Source of the DNA: Longilinea sp.
GTDB taxonomy: Bacteria; Chloroflexota; Anaerolineae; Anaerolineales; Anaerolineaceae
Length of the DNA stretch: 64,000 bases
Direction: 5' to 3'
Assembly: GCA_039810245.1 (NCBI GenBank)
Contig: JBDHWQ010000023.1
Coordinates: 603 to 64,602 of the forward strand
Both the position numbers and the translations under genes were made by a program. This document shows, in pieces, positions 63,454-64,000 of the stretch (positions are counted from its first letter, which is position 1; every line of letters starts with the position of its first letter). The notes under the pieces were generated by a model that saw only the letters and a program-made list of their open reading frames with translations, was not told the origin of the DNA and ran no database searches.

Positions 63454-64000
63454 ATGACGCATCCATCGCGCGCCGGCGCGCTGCGGCTTACCGTGGGGGC
63501 ACTGGGCCTGGTGGTCTTCCTCGCGCTGGTGGCCGGCCTGCTGCTGTTTAACTACACCAGCGGCCTGGCGTTGATCGCCGGGGCGCTGGTGGCTTTAGCG
63601 CTCATCGGCCTGGTGCGCTTCCTGGCGCGGCGCGGCTGGAAAGCCTGGCTGCTGGCAGGGCTGGCGACCGGGTTCGGGCTGGCTGTTTTTCTGGTGCTGT
63701 TGTTGTTTACCCGGGACCGTTATTACAGCGGGTATCCCAACCTGATCTGCCCCATCGCCAGCTATCACGCTGTGGTTGCGCCGGATTCCACCCGGCTTAA
63801 TGGCTTTCAGATCCAGGAGACCGTCACCCTGGTGGAAGGCGGGGAGTTTACCCCACCGGATACCTGGTCCGCGGAAATGGTGGACAACCAGCCCGGCTAC
63901 CGGCTGCCCGCCGGGCAGGCGGCGATTGACAGCCGCGGATTCCTGCTCAAAGAAGCGCGGGTCGACCCATCGGTGACCTGCAATGAAAGCGCGCTGGTCG
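63454..64000 (+). CDS. membrane protein, 3' end beyond the window (partial)
   Basis: Not in the ORF track because there is no stop in the window. My own translation from the ATG at 63454, which follows GGAGGGG, gives 'MTHPSRAGALRLTVGALGLVVFLALVAGLLLF...'. It is open to the window end and has 3-4 TM helices. Confidence 0.5.
   Translation, partial: MTHPSRAGALRLTVGALGLVVFLALVAGLLLFNYTSGLALIAGALVALALIGLVRFLARRGWKAWLLAGLATGFGLAVFLVLLLFTRDRYYSGYPNLICPIASYHAVVAPDSTRLNGFQIQETVTLVEGGEFTPPDTWSAEMVDNQPGYRLPAGQAAIDSRGFLLKEARVDPSVTCNESALV

Overview
This is a 64-kb segment of a mostly high-GC bacterial chromosome. Sample lines counted by eye give about 60-67% GC. It carries about 60 protein genes on both strands and one tRNA-Asn(GTT). 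I found no rRNA, no CRISPR array, and no recognisable integrase, transposase or phage structural gene. Housekeeping anchors are eno, radA, spoVS, a deoxynucleoside kinase, a 2x[4Fe-4S] ferredoxin too short for the ORF track, a DsbA-like oxidoreductase and mgtA. The rest looks accessory. It includes four lipobox lipoproteins, an ECF sigma/anti-sigma pair, an ApbE flavinylation operon, three CPBP (CAAX/Abi-type) intramembrane proteases, three STAND-type regulators, several MFS transporters, and many small redox or detox enzymes. Several gene fragments (GNAT, response regulator, histidine phosphatase) point to past rearrangements. Four observations stand out. (1) A low-GC (~42-48%) cassette at about 59.2-62.5 kb carries two translationally coupled ATPases that contain only the MutS core and domain V. 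The cassette truncates a histidine phosphatase gene on its left and ends on its right at a perfect 41-nt copy of the 3' part of tRNA-Asn, whose complete gene lies 5.6 kb upstream. (2) Two related promoter/hairpin/terminator RNA-like elements sit in inverted orientation, one directly upstream of eno and one directly upstream of the MutS-like operon. Their terminator stems differ by compensatory changes. (3) A gene module (MalT/LuxR STAND regulator, DUF4386-like membrane protein paralogs, a redox enzyme, and a conserved ~75-86 aa protein of unknown function) occurs twice in the window. (4) A 55-bp duplication of a leaderless promoter plus the first 13 codons of a flavoprotein gene brackets a ~0.95-kb patchwork segment. 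All family assignments rest on motifs read by eye and need HMM or BLAST confirmation.
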